From positions 682,001-746,000 of the forward strand of contig JANJGN010000152.1 in NCBI GenBank assembly GCA_026770705.1: DNA of 64,000 bases. The letters run 5' to 3'. Numbering within the stretch: the first letter of the stretch is position 1; every line of letters starts with the position of its first letter. Both the position numbers and the translations under genes were made by a program. This document shows positions 26,771 to 40,060 of this stretch, piece by piece. Source of the DNA: Isurus oxyrinchus. Lineage: Eukaryota. A model generated the notes under the pieces. The model saw nothing but the letters and a program-made list of their open reading frames with translations, was not told the DNA's origin and ran no database searches.

Positions 26771-27090
26771 GGTTTCTGTAGCAGCTCTTCATTGAACTGT
26801 GAGACTGTGGCGCAGAGATAGGCAGCAGCGTCTGTAACCCGAGCGACTCCCAGTCACGGCACGGAGTTTGTTGCCTCCCTCGGTTGAAGCAGTGATCATC
26901 TCATGTTGGTCAGTTCCTCTTGTGGCCATCAATAGATGCTGGGCGCGTGGAGAGAGGGGTTGGTCGGTGGTAGGGGGGCGTGGGGTGGGCTGAGGGAGGG
27001 GGCTGATTCGGAATCCGTCTGCACCAACGCACGATGTCAAATGCAATGGTGATGGAGAACTTCATGGATATGATTCCCGCTTCTGCTGGA
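26771..27090 (-). pseudogene. TCR V pseudogene
   Basis: DIVRWCRRIPNQPP...ARVTDAAAYLCA; RSS cacagtc (26803-26809)-23-acagaaacc (26771-26779); frameshifts and a C-rich insert. Confidence 0.7.
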
Positions 27091-27261
27091 AAACAGCAGA
27101 AGCACTCTGTAAATCCGAAGTATTATCAGACCACATGAAATGCCGGTTGAGAAAATTGTCCGGAGGGTCAGGTTAAAACCAGGGGATGGATATTATCATC
27201 TGAAGAACTCACAACGAGCAACTCAGAGGCGCATTCCTGTCGAACTAACGACAGAAACTGA

Positions 27262-27570
27262 GTCAAAAACAAAAATACCTGAAAAAACTCAGCAGGTCTT
27301 GCAGCATCTGCGGAGAGGAGCACAGTTAATGTTTCGAGTCCGATTGACTCCTCAACTGAACTAAGTAAAAATAGAAGAGAGGTGAAATATAAGCTGGTTT
27401 AAGGGGGTGGGGGGGGCAGGCAAGTAGAGCTGGATAAACGGCCAGTGATAAGTGGAGATAACCAAAAGATGTCACAGACAGAAAGACAAAGAGGTGTTGA
27501 AGGTGATGATATTATCTAAGGAATGTGCTAATTAAGGGTTGAAAGCAGGTCAAGCAAGTTAAAGATAAGG
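27262..27570. mobile_element. Penelope-like element fragment
   Basis: aaaactcagcaggtcttgcagcatctgcggagagg...gtttcgagtcc; absent from the paralogous arm near 56020. Confidence 0.55.
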
Positions 27571-28123
27571 TTTCACACTGACACAGCTCACGCTGTCTCC
27601 GAGCTCACACCGGACGGTCCACATTCAAAATTTCTCAGTGATTCACGCTGCTCTCTGCTGGTGCACACTGACAATTGCGTGGGTGCAATAATTCACGTAA
27701 ATTCCCGCCAAGCTGCAGTTCTCAAGGTAGTTACAAATTCGAACTGCTGTTGCCTTCTTCCTCGTATCGCTCTCCTATCCATAAAGGCCCTAATCTCGCC
27801 TTCAACTAAGCATCAAAGGATTCCAGGGTATTTTCCTCCCGCATTCTGGCTGAAAGTTTGTTCCACACTGTGATGCATCTCATTGTGACAACAAATATAT
27901 CCTGATATTAGTCTAAATATTTTACCGTTTGAACCCATGTGCGTGGATGCATTTTCTTTTTTTTTTCAAATAGATACAACCTACCAAGAGTTATATAAAC
28001 ATTGAAAAAAATAATGTTTCTGTTTCTGAATTTGTTCTTTTCGTCAATTTTCTTCAGTAAAATTTCTGAACACTGTTGTGAGACCAGAATGCAACCCGAC
28101 CCCGAAATCAACACTGTCTCACA

Positions 28124-28137
28124 CTGCCCTCTAGTGG
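28124..28137 (-). promoter_or_regulatory. CTCF-binding motif CCACTAGAGGGCAG
   Basis: Consensus match; paralog at 55169. Confidence 0.7.
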
Positions 28138-28374
28138 CGTTGACATGGAACTGCAAGGTGCAACTTTACAGAATTATTCGCCTTCCGGGCTCAAAATAAC
28201 ATTCAACAATTTCCGATTCTAAACTCTCCTTCGATTCTTTTTCTTTCATAAGTTTTATTCATTTATTTATTTATTGACCGTATCTGGTGGCTGCGTATCT
28301 GCTTTTCATAAGTTACCCTCCTCCAGGCCAAGACTCCCGTGTTTTTGATCTTTCCTTGTTTACTACAAATTTCT

Positions 28375-28666
28375 GATATCTGAGCCATGGAGATATTGTC
28401 GCTCAGGCACTATTCGTAAGGCTTAAGACAGAAACAGACGCGGCAGCTGGTACCAACAACAAGCTGAAACACAGCCAATGCTTAGTTTATGTAATGCTTC
28501 AAAGGTTTTGAAAAATAAAGCAGATTTTGCTAAAATGCATTGGTCTGCAAATGTCGGCAGCTTGACAAAATTCATTTGCCATCACTGGGCTGTATCTAAC
28601 TGCAATTTATTCCTGCGCCCTGAGGGTCACCGTGTTGGAAACAAGTTAAACCCTCATACAGGTACA
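28375..28666 (+). pseudogene. TCR V pseudogene
   Basis: SHGDIVAQ...SWYQQQAETQPM...NKADFAK...AITGLYLTAIYSCALR; RSS caccgtg (28628)-23-acaggtaca; deletions and frameshifts. Confidence 0.75.
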
Positions 28667-28875
28667 CCCGGCAGTTTGTGGATGTGAAACTCCACTTCAA
28701 GAATTCAGTTACAAGGCGACTGGATGCGAAGACCATCACAACATAATCATTTAGAAAAATTATCATGTTCCGATGTTCAATGGTGATATCAATTATGTCT
28801 GCCTTTCAGCAGAGCACATGACCCTGAGCCAACTGCTATCTCTGAAACTGCTTTGTAAAAGTTTATACGCTCTTG

Positions 28876-28889
28876 TCACCAGAGGGCGG
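28876..28889 (+). promoter_or_regulatory. CTCF-like motif TCACCAGAGGGCGG
   Basis: Near consensus; paralog at 54413. Confidence 0.55.
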
Positions 28890-29644
28890 CTGAGAGAATG
28901 ATTATGCAAAAAAGTAAGTCAGTCAGCATCCGTGGATACATAAACAATACGCGTCTTGCAGAACTTTATCAGTTCTCGTACTGGGATGATTGACACGGAC
29001 TAATTGACAGAAACACGAGCGCAGTAGGGTGCATCATTAGTCGTTGATTTGGTTATCCGAGCGGGTGACAGGTGGAGGACATTTTTCCATGCTTTACTGG
29101 TATTGAAAGTCGCTAGCCGGACCAGCATTTCCTCCCCACCCCTCTTGAGAAGTCTATGGTGAGCTTTCTTCTTGAACCGCTGCAGTCCATGTGGTGTAGG
29201 TACATCCACAGTGCTGTTAGGGAGGGAGTTCCAGCATTTCGATCCAGCGACAGTGAAGGGGCGGCCGTTATAGTTTTCAGTTATACTTGTGTGGGGCTTG
29301 GAGGGGGACTTGCAGCCGGCGGTGCCTGCCGCCCTTGTCCTTCTCGGAGGAAGGGTTTGCGTGTTTGGGATTTTTTGTTTTTGATGGTCGCTTGACGAGT
29401 TTATTTAATCACCTAAGTCTAAATGCAGACGTGAATTTCCAACTGAAGCCTGTTAACTAGGGCTAACGGTGTTTTCATAGTCATAGAGCAGCTCTTTCCT
29501 TCTCTCTCCGTCTTACCGATTGAACTTGTTAAGGGGTGAACATTGAGTTTAATCCCTGTCCAATTCCCTGTTGTGAGATGAATACATTCACTTCCTTCCT
29601 TTCTCCCGACGCTGGTGATATGAATTAGAGATCAAAGGAGCTGC

Positions 29645-29740
29645 GACCTGATTGGTTGAATTAAACACAAAGAAGCTTTCAGCTGATTGGTGACCCAGTC
29701 AGCAATGAACCAATCAGCAGAGGCCGGGATGTAACGCCAC
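29645..29740 (+). promoter_or_regulatory. Putative V promoter with three CCAAT boxes
   Basis: ctgATTGG 29651, ctgATTGG 29686, CCAATcag 29710, about 100-165 bp upstream of the leader ATG at 29816. Confidence 0.5.
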
Positions 29741-29815
29741 TTCTTACCAACCCTTGACTAAAACAATTTCACTTCACCCTATTCTGGTTAGATCCGCCGC
29801 GAGCTCTCTGCAAAC

Positions 29816-30727
29816 ATGTCTCCTGTTGCTTTGTATTTATTCCTCACAGCAGCAGCTCTTTTCACCGGTAGGTTCATAAATTGTACAATTCTGCGAGTCA
29901 CATCTTTACCATTCCCTACATTCAATCGGACAGTTCGATTAACAGGTGGTAAAAATATGTTGATCTCAAATGAGAAAATCATCTGGATCCACTTTTTCGC
30001 TGCACGGTAGTAGGAAAGCTACCCGAATGAATGAGGCTGGAAGAGTTAAAGTGAGGCTACGGGCCCCGCCGGTGTCGGAGACGGACTTTGACAAATACCA
30101 AAGCTTTAAACTCACCGAGAGTTTTCACTTTCCCTTCAAATTACAGGAAACGAAGCTGAGGACCTGATTTCGATAGAAGGAACCGAATGTTCATTGAAGG
30201 AAGTTTTATTTATTCGGTCCAAGCACCTTCCGATTACAGCCACTGAGTGGTGGGGTATATATTTGTGTTTAGCTCCTCCGATTCATTTCTCAGGTTATTG
30301 TCCAGGGTGATGATCCTATTAAAGCGCATGAACAAAGTGAAATGATATCGTTTAATTTAATGTTACTCTTGGCTCTTACAGGACATTGTCGAGGAGATTC
30401 CGTTTCACAGGCACCGCCTGCAATCACAGTGAGTGAAGGAGACAACGTTCGGTTGTTCTGTAATTATACAGCTACATACAGCAACGATCTCAACTTATTC
30501 TGATATCGTCAGCATCCCAGCGGATCCATGGAGTATCTGTTGCTGAGGACGAGATACACCGAGAACAAAGAGAGATTTCCTGGGGACCGTTTTTCAGCGG
30601 AGCTCAACGATTCGATCGGCACCGTCCCGCTTAAAGTGTCTGAAACAGAACTGGCAGACTCCGCGGTGTATTACTGCGCACTGAGACTCACAGAGACTCG
30701 GGGCTGGGCTGAAACTGTACAAAAACT
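29816..30727 (+). pseudogene. TCR alpha/delta V segment with a single nonsense codon (conserved FR2 Trp, TGA at 30501)
   Basis: Leader 29816-29867 MSPVALYLFLTAAALFT|gtaggt; V exon 30382-30688 GDSVSQAPPAITVSEGDNVRLFCNYTATYSNDLNLF*YRQHPSGSMEYLL...DSAVYYCALR; RSS cacagag-23-acaaaaact. Confidence 0.95.
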
Positions 30728-31915
30728 GTCAGAGAGTCTCTCAATATCACAGAGCATGACGCAACCATTGTGATCAGGAGTGAGTCTGAACAGGTTCCCG
30801 CATATGCGATACCTTTTACTAATAATTCTAATCCACTGAATATATCATAAATATACAAATGTGGGAATTTGAGAAAATGAAAAATAGAGTATTCATGTAG
30901 CGCGTATCGTGACACCCCAAATTGTTTTTCCGTCATTCTTATAAAGTAATGTAGAAAACTCAGCAGCTAATTTGCACCCGGAATGATCCTTTAAATAGTA
31001 ATCGTTTAATTACCCGTCTGTTCCAGAGATCTTTATGGGTGTATAGATGTTAACCAAGCCTGTTCTTCTTTGAAAAAGTGGCGTTGCGATTTATCAACCC
31101 ACATGTGAGGGCAAATGACGATCACGAGTTGACACCTCATCAGAAAGGTCCACTCTTCCCATAGGATTGCACTCGGGTGCCCGCATTGATCCTGGGGACT
31201 CAAGTGGACTGGAATCCAGAATCCTCTGGCTCTGCGGCGAGAGGGATAACAAATCAGGCTGGTCTGACAAATAATGTCTGCATATTGGCAGTTGAAGTAT
31301 AAAGTCTAGGACATCCGTACCTTTTTGATAATGAATAAATAATGTATATATATATAAGCAGGTAGATGAGCGCAAAGCTTTTATGCAGCTCATCAGACTG
31401 ATGGCTGACAGGTAAATGGGAAGGCGCGTCGCCGCTCCCCGTGAGGGGAGGGTCAGTTTCTTTCAGAGTTACTCACCGCGGCACCGCCCCCCCCCCCCCC
31501 CCCCCCCCCAACCAATCCCTCCTCCTCCGTAGCATCTAAAAAGAGCAAAGAATCACTGATAACCGGGAAACATGGGAGGAAAACACGATGAGAGTCTGGA
31601 GCTTTGTAGAATTTTGAACGATGACAGGTAGCCGGCACTAATTACACAGGAAGGAGATGAACTTCAGTTGTTGGATGCGGGTTGCAAGCTGAGGTTGTTT
31701 ATTCTGCATCGAAGAATGGGTAAAACTCTTAAGATCCAGAGGGAAGTGTGCAACAAACTGAACCGTGAATGACACAACAATATTGATAAAAATAGAAAAA
31801 CATTTGAAAGTATTGCCTCTATGTTTGAATCTTTCTTTAATGCCTTTCTTCAACAAAGTTACTGATTGCTGTTCTCGGCGGGAAACTGAACCCTACACAC
31901 TGAAACCATCCTCCA

Positions 31916-31929
31916 CTGCCATCTGGTGC
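31916..31929 (-). promoter_or_regulatory. CTCF-like motif GCACCAGATGGCAG
   Basis: One mismatch to consensus. Confidence 0.5.
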
Positions 31930-32867
31930 CGGTTATTTGTAACAACCAATTAGAACTCCTGCGTTCCTTTATTTGGCAAGATAATTCAGACTTGTGCCCT
32001 CGTCCGTTCGAAGCGATCCTGCCTCGCAGCCCTATTAAGACTCAACTTTGGCCTTAAACAATTCAGTGGTTTATCCGTCCGCCACTCTAACCAGAAACTT
32101 ATTCCACACTCACCATATCGTATGTGAGAATAACGTTCTCGATACCTGCGGATAATTTCATTTTCTCCTTTGAAATTCTGCCCTCCAGTTCTAACTCACC
32201 GGTTCAATTTAAAGTGATATTGCAGGATGTGTTTCTTTATTGCAGGAACTGCCTCATACTCCTCCATTTGTAATGGTAGTGAGGCGCAGAGTACATTCCG
32301 AATTATCATTCACATATTCGCCATCTGCAGGTCACAGAGGCAGGATTTGTTCTTCTTGGAATGGATTCTTTCAAAGAAAGGAGGAAGGGATCATTGTGAC
32401 AGAAAGTGAGGACAAACCGAAAATCCCTCACACATGGATGTTACATGTGGCAACACTACTATTTGAAGCCCAGCCCGCAAATTTCACTTGCTGCTCTCGC
32501 CCTGACCTGGCTGGCTTGCTTTACTGGAGGGATTGCTGCCTCTGCTCTGTATTTGACATCGGTTGTTACAGCCGTGCAGAGGGACGTGAGCTTGCTTTTC
32601 CCCCCCGCAAGAGAGATTTTCCCGGCTGCAGAGTTCCAGAACCATCTCCTATGGATTGTGTAATGAGTAATCAGTTTCCTCCTGGCAACAATACATTCTT
32701 TCCCTGATTTCTATAATCCTGTTGGTTTTTACTGTCAAACTCAGGCTGCTGGCGATGGCTGTGGATCAAAAACACTCCATATCTTCGTTCGTTTTAAATA
32801 TGAATTGAGTTTGCATTTTAAACTCCCGCATGATTGATCTTTCCTGTTTGAACATTTTTTTTAACAG

Positions 32868-33162
32868 ATCAGCTACTGTCGTCAGGGATTAAGACAGGAG
32901 AAGTGATGGCATGAAAATGCGATGTTAGTTGGAGCGGCGGCTTACATTTATTCGGGTACCGGCATCACACTGACAGACATGCCGAATTTATTCTGATAAA
33001 ATGCCGAGATGTTCTGAAGTAAAATCGATCTTGTAAAAAAAAACACTTTATCTAAGTTGAACAGCTTCACTAAATTCATAACTTTAACGATCTCGGAGCT
33101 GCAGCTGGCCGACAATGCAGCTTGGCACTAATGGAAACGAGTTCAATCCTCGTACAGAAACC
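32868..33162 (+). pseudogene. TCR V pseudogene (family of 28375/54632/62305)
   Basis: KCDVSWSGGLHLFGYRHHTDRHAEFIL...FITLTISELQLADNA; YYC and heptamer deleted; nonamer acagaaacc at 33154 with a family-like spacer. Confidence 0.65.
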
Positions 33163-33369
33163 CCCAGCCCTCTGTAGTACAGAGACACAGCAGGCAAAAA
33201 TCGGAAGTTGCGGCGGGAAAATCGAAGACCGGTGTAAAATAAATACTTCATAAGACTAAGGTTTCCTTATTTCAATTACTTTATTATCCGAGCTGCTGTT
33301 CAAACTGAGCACATTACCCTGAGCCGCCATTTCCTCTAAATTTTCATCAAAAATATTTAAATGTACATT

Positions 33370-33383
33370 CCACCAGAGGGCAG
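33370..33383 (+). promoter_or_regulatory. CTCF-binding motif CCACCAGAGGGCAG
   Basis: Consensus match about 210 bp downstream of the V relic, the same position as the 28876 site relative to its V. Confidence 0.7.
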
Positions 33384-34298
33384 TAGGCGACTAGGTTTGA
33401 TCTTTTGCGTGTCAGAGATAGTTGCAGATTGAAAACATTGTTCTTTATTAATGTTTATTAAATGACTAAGAGACATGCAATAAAATTCAGCCATTAACTT
33501 CAAATGGAAGTCTGAAAACTCTGTCCTCATGGTTAAGCAATTTATTGTGAAAATGGTTGTTGTTAACGTCAATATGTTCTAAATAATTGGAATGACCAGT
33601 TCACCCCTGCACCATTGAACTCATCGACCGTGGAACCTCTACCATACTAGATCGACCTGACAGTGACTCCCATTTTAATGCATATGGAAATGGTCTTTGT
33701 TGGAAATATTCTCTTTGTGTCGAATCCCTCCGGACACCGTGGCATTTACATTCCCCTTTATAGCGGCTGTGGGAAGCTCCAGTTGCCATTGAGCAATTCT
33801 TTTATTGAAAGACATCTGCACTGATGACGGTACAAGTTTAAATATTTCCCTTAATAGACCCACCTAACAGGTTCACCCTATGAAACTGCAGACATTACCA
33901 GCCGCAGCTTCCATTTGTTGCTCTCGGACTGAGCTGGCTTGCTTTCCCTGTACTATTGGACAGACTGATGCCGCTGTCCAAGCTTGACATTGGTTAGTTC
34001 AACTGCAGATGGCAGGGGGGTGGGGGGGGGGGCGGGGAGGAGGGTAGAGGTGGGGGTGTTGATGGGGTAGGGGGATCTGGGGATCTGTATTTCCGCTCCG
34101 AAATGAAGTTTCCAAAACTGCAGTGTTAAAAGCCTCAGGGATCATCATACTGAACAGTGTTGCTCCACTGCGCATTGTATCGCCGCTCAGGAAGCCTCAT
34201 CAGCACCTTGGCAAGTGCAGTTAGGGATGGACAACAGATGCAGGCCTTGTCAGTGACGCCCATGTCCAACGAAATAGTAAAATACTTTATTTTTGCAG

Positions 34299-34620
34299 TA
34301 AAATTCCATTCCCCATGTGTCTGCTATAACCAAGATGGCCTTTTCCAAACGTAACGTCTGAGGGCAAACGTGTCTTGCCCTACGTGAATTGGCGTAGCCA
34401 ACAACAAGGCCAGCCTCCACAATACATCATTCATCTTATCTGGGGGGGATGTCGGCAGGAACCTACACGTCACTCATTGATCTATTCCGTTCTATGTTAA
34501 CGAAATTACCAACAATACTGAACTGAAGGTCAGCCACACCCTGACCTGTCACACTGTCCTGGATTTCTATTCCATGGAGGACAAACTGATGCAGTGATAT
34601 CACGTATCCTGGAGAGAGAC
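34299..34620 (+). pseudogene. Decayed TCR V relic
   Basis: PYVNWRSQQQGQPPQYIIHL...NNTELKVSHTL; CTCF-like TCACCAGAAGGCGC just downstream at 34646. Confidence 0.5.
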
Positions 34621-36419
34621 CCAGACAGAAAGACCCAATTAGTGTTCACCAGAAGGCGCTCTCACACCAATAAACGGAAACAGTAACACTGCCTCCACTG
34701 AGGATCACAGGGATTTCCTTCAAATTGCAACGCAGCAGAGATATGAGGCCCACTCCTGAAATTATATTAAATTGTAATTATAAATTGCGTTTATAATCGA
34801 TCAAAGCTAGTCAGAAAAAGTTTAAATGCTAGCAGTTATATTAAAATCTCAGAGAGCATTGCAAAAACAAGAGTACATCTCCATCCTCTGTACTTGGCAC
34901 AGGAGTTAACAATGAAAATCGTTTATGACTCTCTGTAATTTCCTGTCCTATTAAATTAAAATCTGATGGTATTCCAAATCTCGATTGCGCTCTCCGTAAA
35001 CAATATCCTGATATCAGCCCTAGATTACCTTTCAGCAACTTGAAACTGTGTCCACTTGATTATTTTTCCTGCGGCTTAATAAGCTAGTGTATGAATTATT
35101 TTCACTTCATTTAATTTGCAATAGGTTTCTGAAATATCATCACTTACACCACCTGTTCCAGATCAACACCACTGAAAACATATGTTTTAGTTTTCTCCTT
35201 AACTCCCATCCCTGAAACTGAAGAGTCGGACTCAATTTCCTTCTCGACAATGCCTCCTAAGAATCTCCGTTGGAGACGGTGGAGGAGCAATAATGTCACT
35301 GGGCTGATAAGCTGAAAGCCTAGATTTATGGTCTAGTGGCACGGCTTCAAATGACAGCCAGTAGAATTTATTTGCCAATGACAATAAATTTGGAATTAAA
35401 AGCTAGGCTCAGTAATGATAATGATTAATTTATCATTTTCTCATAAATAAAATCATCTGGTTCACCCGTTCTTACGCGGTTTGGCTTACTTGTGCCTCCA
35501 GAGGCACAACAATGCTGTTGACAGTTAACTGTTCCCTGAAATGACCTAGCAAGCCATTCAGTTCAACGGCAAATAGAAATGTGCAAAAAGTGCTGGCCTT
35601 GTCAGTGACGCCCACATCCCGTGAACGAATATGTATAAAAAAATATTCTAACTGGCGAATCATTACAATCTGTACAACGCGAGGTTTCTGCCGACTGCTT
35701 GAGTTATTCAGCAACATGTTGAACCCATTCCATTCCTTCTGGCATATCGGTTCAAAAACCAAACTGAGCCACCCTCTGGGAATTCCAGTCTTAACTCGCT
35801 TGCTTCGTCACCTGCCTCCTTCTCTTCAAACAATCTGCCTAACATGACCTTGCTCCCGTTGATTTTTCCTTTCAGATTCACTCCTGTCTCCCAGTCGATG
35901 TCCAATCGTCATCTATCGTGGATAAATTTCACAGGATTGATACCTAAGCTTCCTGAAAATATTCAGCCTCAGAGCAGGGATCTGTAAACATTCAACTTAT
36001 AAACTGAACAAAAGTGAAGACAATTCAAATACTAAATCAAATGGTCATAAACTACACCTGGAAATATATGTTCTCTTGGTCAAGAGGCTACAACTAACTG
36101 AGAAGGTGCAGAAGAGAGTAAATTTCTCCATCCAGTTTTCATACACATGTAAAAAAAATCCCTCATTACTTTTTGGGAAGCAATATCATTTCTGTTCCAT
36201 AATCTTTCTATGCCGGAATTTATCTTGTTGATATATACCGAATATTAATCGCCAAGCTTTTCTTATTCCGATCCTGTAGCATGCGCAATGCAACTGGTAA
36301 GAGGCGGAGTCTTTAGATCTGCTTTTATGCTTGCACATGCTGAGGTCTCCAAAAAAACATCACCAGTTAAGAAAAGAACCGTAACCTGTCATCGCCGGCC
36401 AACAATAAGAGAAACAGCC

Positions 36420-36838
36420 ATGGGTGTAACTCACGCATTCTTGCTGTTACCATTCTGTGAGTATTATATATCTCATTCCAATCACTGGGATTACACAACT
36501 GCCTGAATATAAAGATTCAGAAATTATACCCAAGGATTCTTCGTGTTTGTAACAGGATTCTCTAGCTGCCTGCATATTGCCAGTGGAAGTGAATTCAGTC
36601 ACGATTCAGCCTGGGTTCAGCGCATGCTCCAATAGGTGCTCATACAATCCACTGGTTGTCTGAGCTCCTGGTATATACCCATAGCGGCTTCCAGGGAGAG
36701 CACCACCAAAGCCGTTTTAAAATTCACAGCATCCAAATCTCAGCGTACGTGACGCCGACCAGGATGAGTGAATAGTGGTGTTTATCACTCTGCCATGGCC
36801 ACAATGTGTGAGAACAGCCCCGAGTTCATACTGTATCC
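36420..36838 (+). pseudogene. TCR V pseudogene
   Basis: Leader MGVTHAFLLLPF|gtgagt (36420-36456), acceptor aacag| at 36555, SVTIQPG..CSY, NLSVRDA..SGVYHSAM; RSS cacaatg (36800)-23-actgtatcc. Confidence 0.6.
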
Positions 36839-37674
36839 CCTCCTTGAGAAAAGCCTCGGAAAGTTGGGTGACAATCAAACAGCCGTTCCAAAAACAAAAC
36901 GTGGAAGAAAGCAGCGAAGAAAGAGGTTCACACAATGATTTTGCAACCAGTGAACGACTTTCGAATTGCAGTCAGTATTGCAATGAAATCAGAAAAGTGT
37001 CACCAGAGAATTAAATACTTCATTCATATTGATGGATTTTCAACATTCGAAACCTTCTTTGAAACCCTGTTCGGTAAACGACAGGAGGAATGTGTCCACT
37101 GTCTGATATATTGCAATGGAAAATATATGATACGTTATTTCCTTCTAAGTCACGACTTCCTTTATACTGGTTGCTCAGAGTGTATTTCCCCGCCTTGGTC
37201 AATTGAAGAAATCTTGGAGACAAAAGTTCCTCTTTGACTTTGTAACAGCAACAACGGAAGCAGAGCAGCCTAAATTGCCACTTTGATTATTACTGTTATC
37301 TGAAGGATGATTTGAAATACAAAACAAATCAGACACCTTTGGACATAGTAACCAGAATGCTCTGGTCCTGCTCTGTTTATCATCTCCTTACCTAATTGTA
37401 TTAACCAGAGGAAATCGCTCTTGATTTCAACGGAGGTTGAAGAAAGGCGTTTAAAGTAATCGAGTTACATTAATTTGTTAACTGTTTAAAAACATACATT
37501 CACCATCAGTTCAAACCAGCTCTTCTTTGCTTTTATGCATTGCTTTCTTTCTCTCGTTTAGTTTGCTCATTTTTTCTTTTCCTTTCATCCTGTTTCGTTC
37601 CCTTCTGTTCCTGCCTTTCTCACTCAATTTCTTGCTGTCTTTAGCTTTCAGTGGTTTATAAAATTGCAGTGTGC

Positions 37675-37743
37675 ATATATATATATATATATATAGAATA
37701 TGTATATATTGTATGTATATTTCATATTATATATATATATATA
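37675..37743. repeat. (TA)n-rich microsatellite
   Basis: Interrupted TA run. Confidence 0.85.
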
Positions 37744-37940
37744 ACTGTAATATGTTTTCAGAATGTGGGGCTATGTAACTCAGTTCATGCTTTTTTGTCG
37801 GAGGGTCCATGTGGTCTCTGATCTAGAGGCAGAGAAAAGGAACCAGTGTGTGTCTTTCAGAAAGACGGCGTTGCAACGATGCGCTGCAAAATGTTATGAT
37901 GATATCTCGCACATTACGTGATGAACTTGGTCCGTGAGCA

Positions 37941-38471
37941 ATGTATTCTGCGTCTTCATATGAGCTATTGATGATTTGCAATTTTCCCGACCGACTGGAG
38001 CCCAACCCTTTGCTTTTCCAGTCCAAAGAAAATGGTAAAAGCTTTAGCAAGGATGTTATTCATGTTTCTCCAGGGCGGGGAGAAGGAGGGTGGCGGGGAG
38101 GGGCGGGGGGCCGGGGTAGGGTTGTGGGGGTGGTGTGGAGAGAATGGGAAGGGTGGTGGATGTGGGGGGGGTGGAATCTTGCGGATGAAGTGCTGCTGTC
38201 GCCGGTTTCCAAAACAGTCGAGCCGGGAGATCCGGCGCAGTTTTATTGTAGCTACACCAGCTCGGAGATATCCGCCTTCCACTGGTCCAGGGTGAGTCCG
38301 AATGGACGGCTGGAGTGGGTCATGAGCAGCACAGAAAACGAAAAAGGTGTGGTTGGGCAATTGGAAATTGAACTTTAAATCGTCGAGAAGACAGGCTATT
38401 TCGCTTTCAGAAGGACGAAGATGTCCAAGTGTCATTGTGATAGCAATAGCAACCCCACTGTTACAAAACCT
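37941..38471 (+). pseudogene. TCR V pseudogene
   Basis: ADEVLLSPVSKTVEPGDPAQFYCSYTSSEISAFHWSRVSPNGRLEWVM; G-rich insert 38073-38172; FR3 end lost; RSS cattgtg (38433)-23-acaaaacct. Confidence 0.8.
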
Positions 38472-39639
38472 GCCCTCGGGAGAGACACATTCTGCTTCAC
38501 AAAGATCAGCCATGACATTATTTTTAACAATACAAGTGCCCTTTGTGTGAGACAATGAGGATTTACACATATCATTGCCCCCTACAGCATATTGGTAAAA
38601 TTGTATTGAAGAAACATGTTATTCCGCCCATGAGTTTCTGCCGATGTTTATGCTCCACACGAACCTTTTCCCACACGACCTGATCTAATACCATCAGCGC
38701 ATTATTTTTCACTTCACCCTAGGTTTTTATTTAGCTTCTATTTAAATACATTTACACTTATAGCTTCAGCCAACCCGGGTGTATCGAGGTCCCATTCCAA
38801 CCAGTCACTAGTTTAATAAATTTATGCTTAATCCTTTGGTGGAATTTATGGGTGAAGATTGACGTTTATGGTCTCTGGCTTTGGACTCCCACGGGCAGAA
38901 AACTTGTTCCAACATTATCGAAATCTTTCAAGACTTTAAAGAACTCTCTTGTGTCACCGTTCAGCACAGCTTTTTATAGAAAAGAGCCCAGTCTGTTCAA
39001 CCTTTCCTGATAGTTACAGCCCGTCAGTTATGTTGTCATCCTTGTATTTTCTTTACATGTTAACCTGTGAACGCGCCATATCGATGTTGATCCAAACAAA
39101 AGCAACACCTGTGAGACATTTGAAGGCCAGTTAGAAAGTTGTCCTGTTGTTATTGAGCGTGCCTCTTTCTGGACAATATGTAAGTGCTGTTACAATCTGT
39201 ACTACAGCTGACCACTGCTTATGGCCGCGAATGTGTTTTGTTCAATTAATTCACAAGTTGTAGGCGTCGTTGGTAAGACCAATATTTATTGTTGGTCTCT
39301 AATTTCTCTTCCGACAACTGAATGGCTGATAGGGCATTTCAGAGGGCAGTCAGTAGAGAACTATTTCCCTGTACACACATAAACACAAGACTGGATATGG
39401 CTCGTAAATTTATTTAACTGAAGGGTGGTTGGTTTTAGCAACTAACCAGTGGTTTCATGGGATTCACTAACAATCATGATGGTCTTTTTTTCACGTTCAG
39501 ATGCATATGCTTAACTTAACTTATGTTTCCAGGGTGGTGACATTTCATCCGATGCTTCTGGAACATTCGCCCAGGCACCTAAATGCCTAGTTCAGTAGCA
39601 TAAGCACTATGTGACAGTGGCGGTGTTGTTATTGTTCAA

Positions 39640-40060
39640 CGACGTGGTTCAGTGGTAATATTCACGTCACTGAGTCAGGTGATCTTGGGTTCAAGGCCCA
39701 TTCCCCAATATTGAGCTCAAAATTTCGAGCCCAATACCGAGGGAGTGTTGAACTGTCGGAAGTGTCGTACTCAAACAACGTCAAATTCGAATGTCTGCCC
39801 ACTCAGGCGGACTTAAAATATCAGTTGCACTATTTCTAAGAAGAACAGGTCAAATCTTGCTGGTATCCTGTCTAATGTTTATCTCTCGTGCAACATTACT
39901 AAAGAAAACATCATCTGGTCATTATCACATTTCTCCTTGTAGGATGTGGTTGTGGGTAATTGGTTCTGTGTTTCCTACATCAATGTCTACATTTCAGTGG
40001 CTGTACGGATGTTTGGCACGTGATGAGTTTGTATACATTGCGATATAAATGTAAATCTGC
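39640..40060 (+). mobile_element. DeuSINE/SacSINE1-like SINE, near full length
   Basis: tRNA-like head (gtggttcagtggtaata...gggttcaaggccc), Deu-like core, tail gatataaatgtaaat. Confidence 0.65.
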
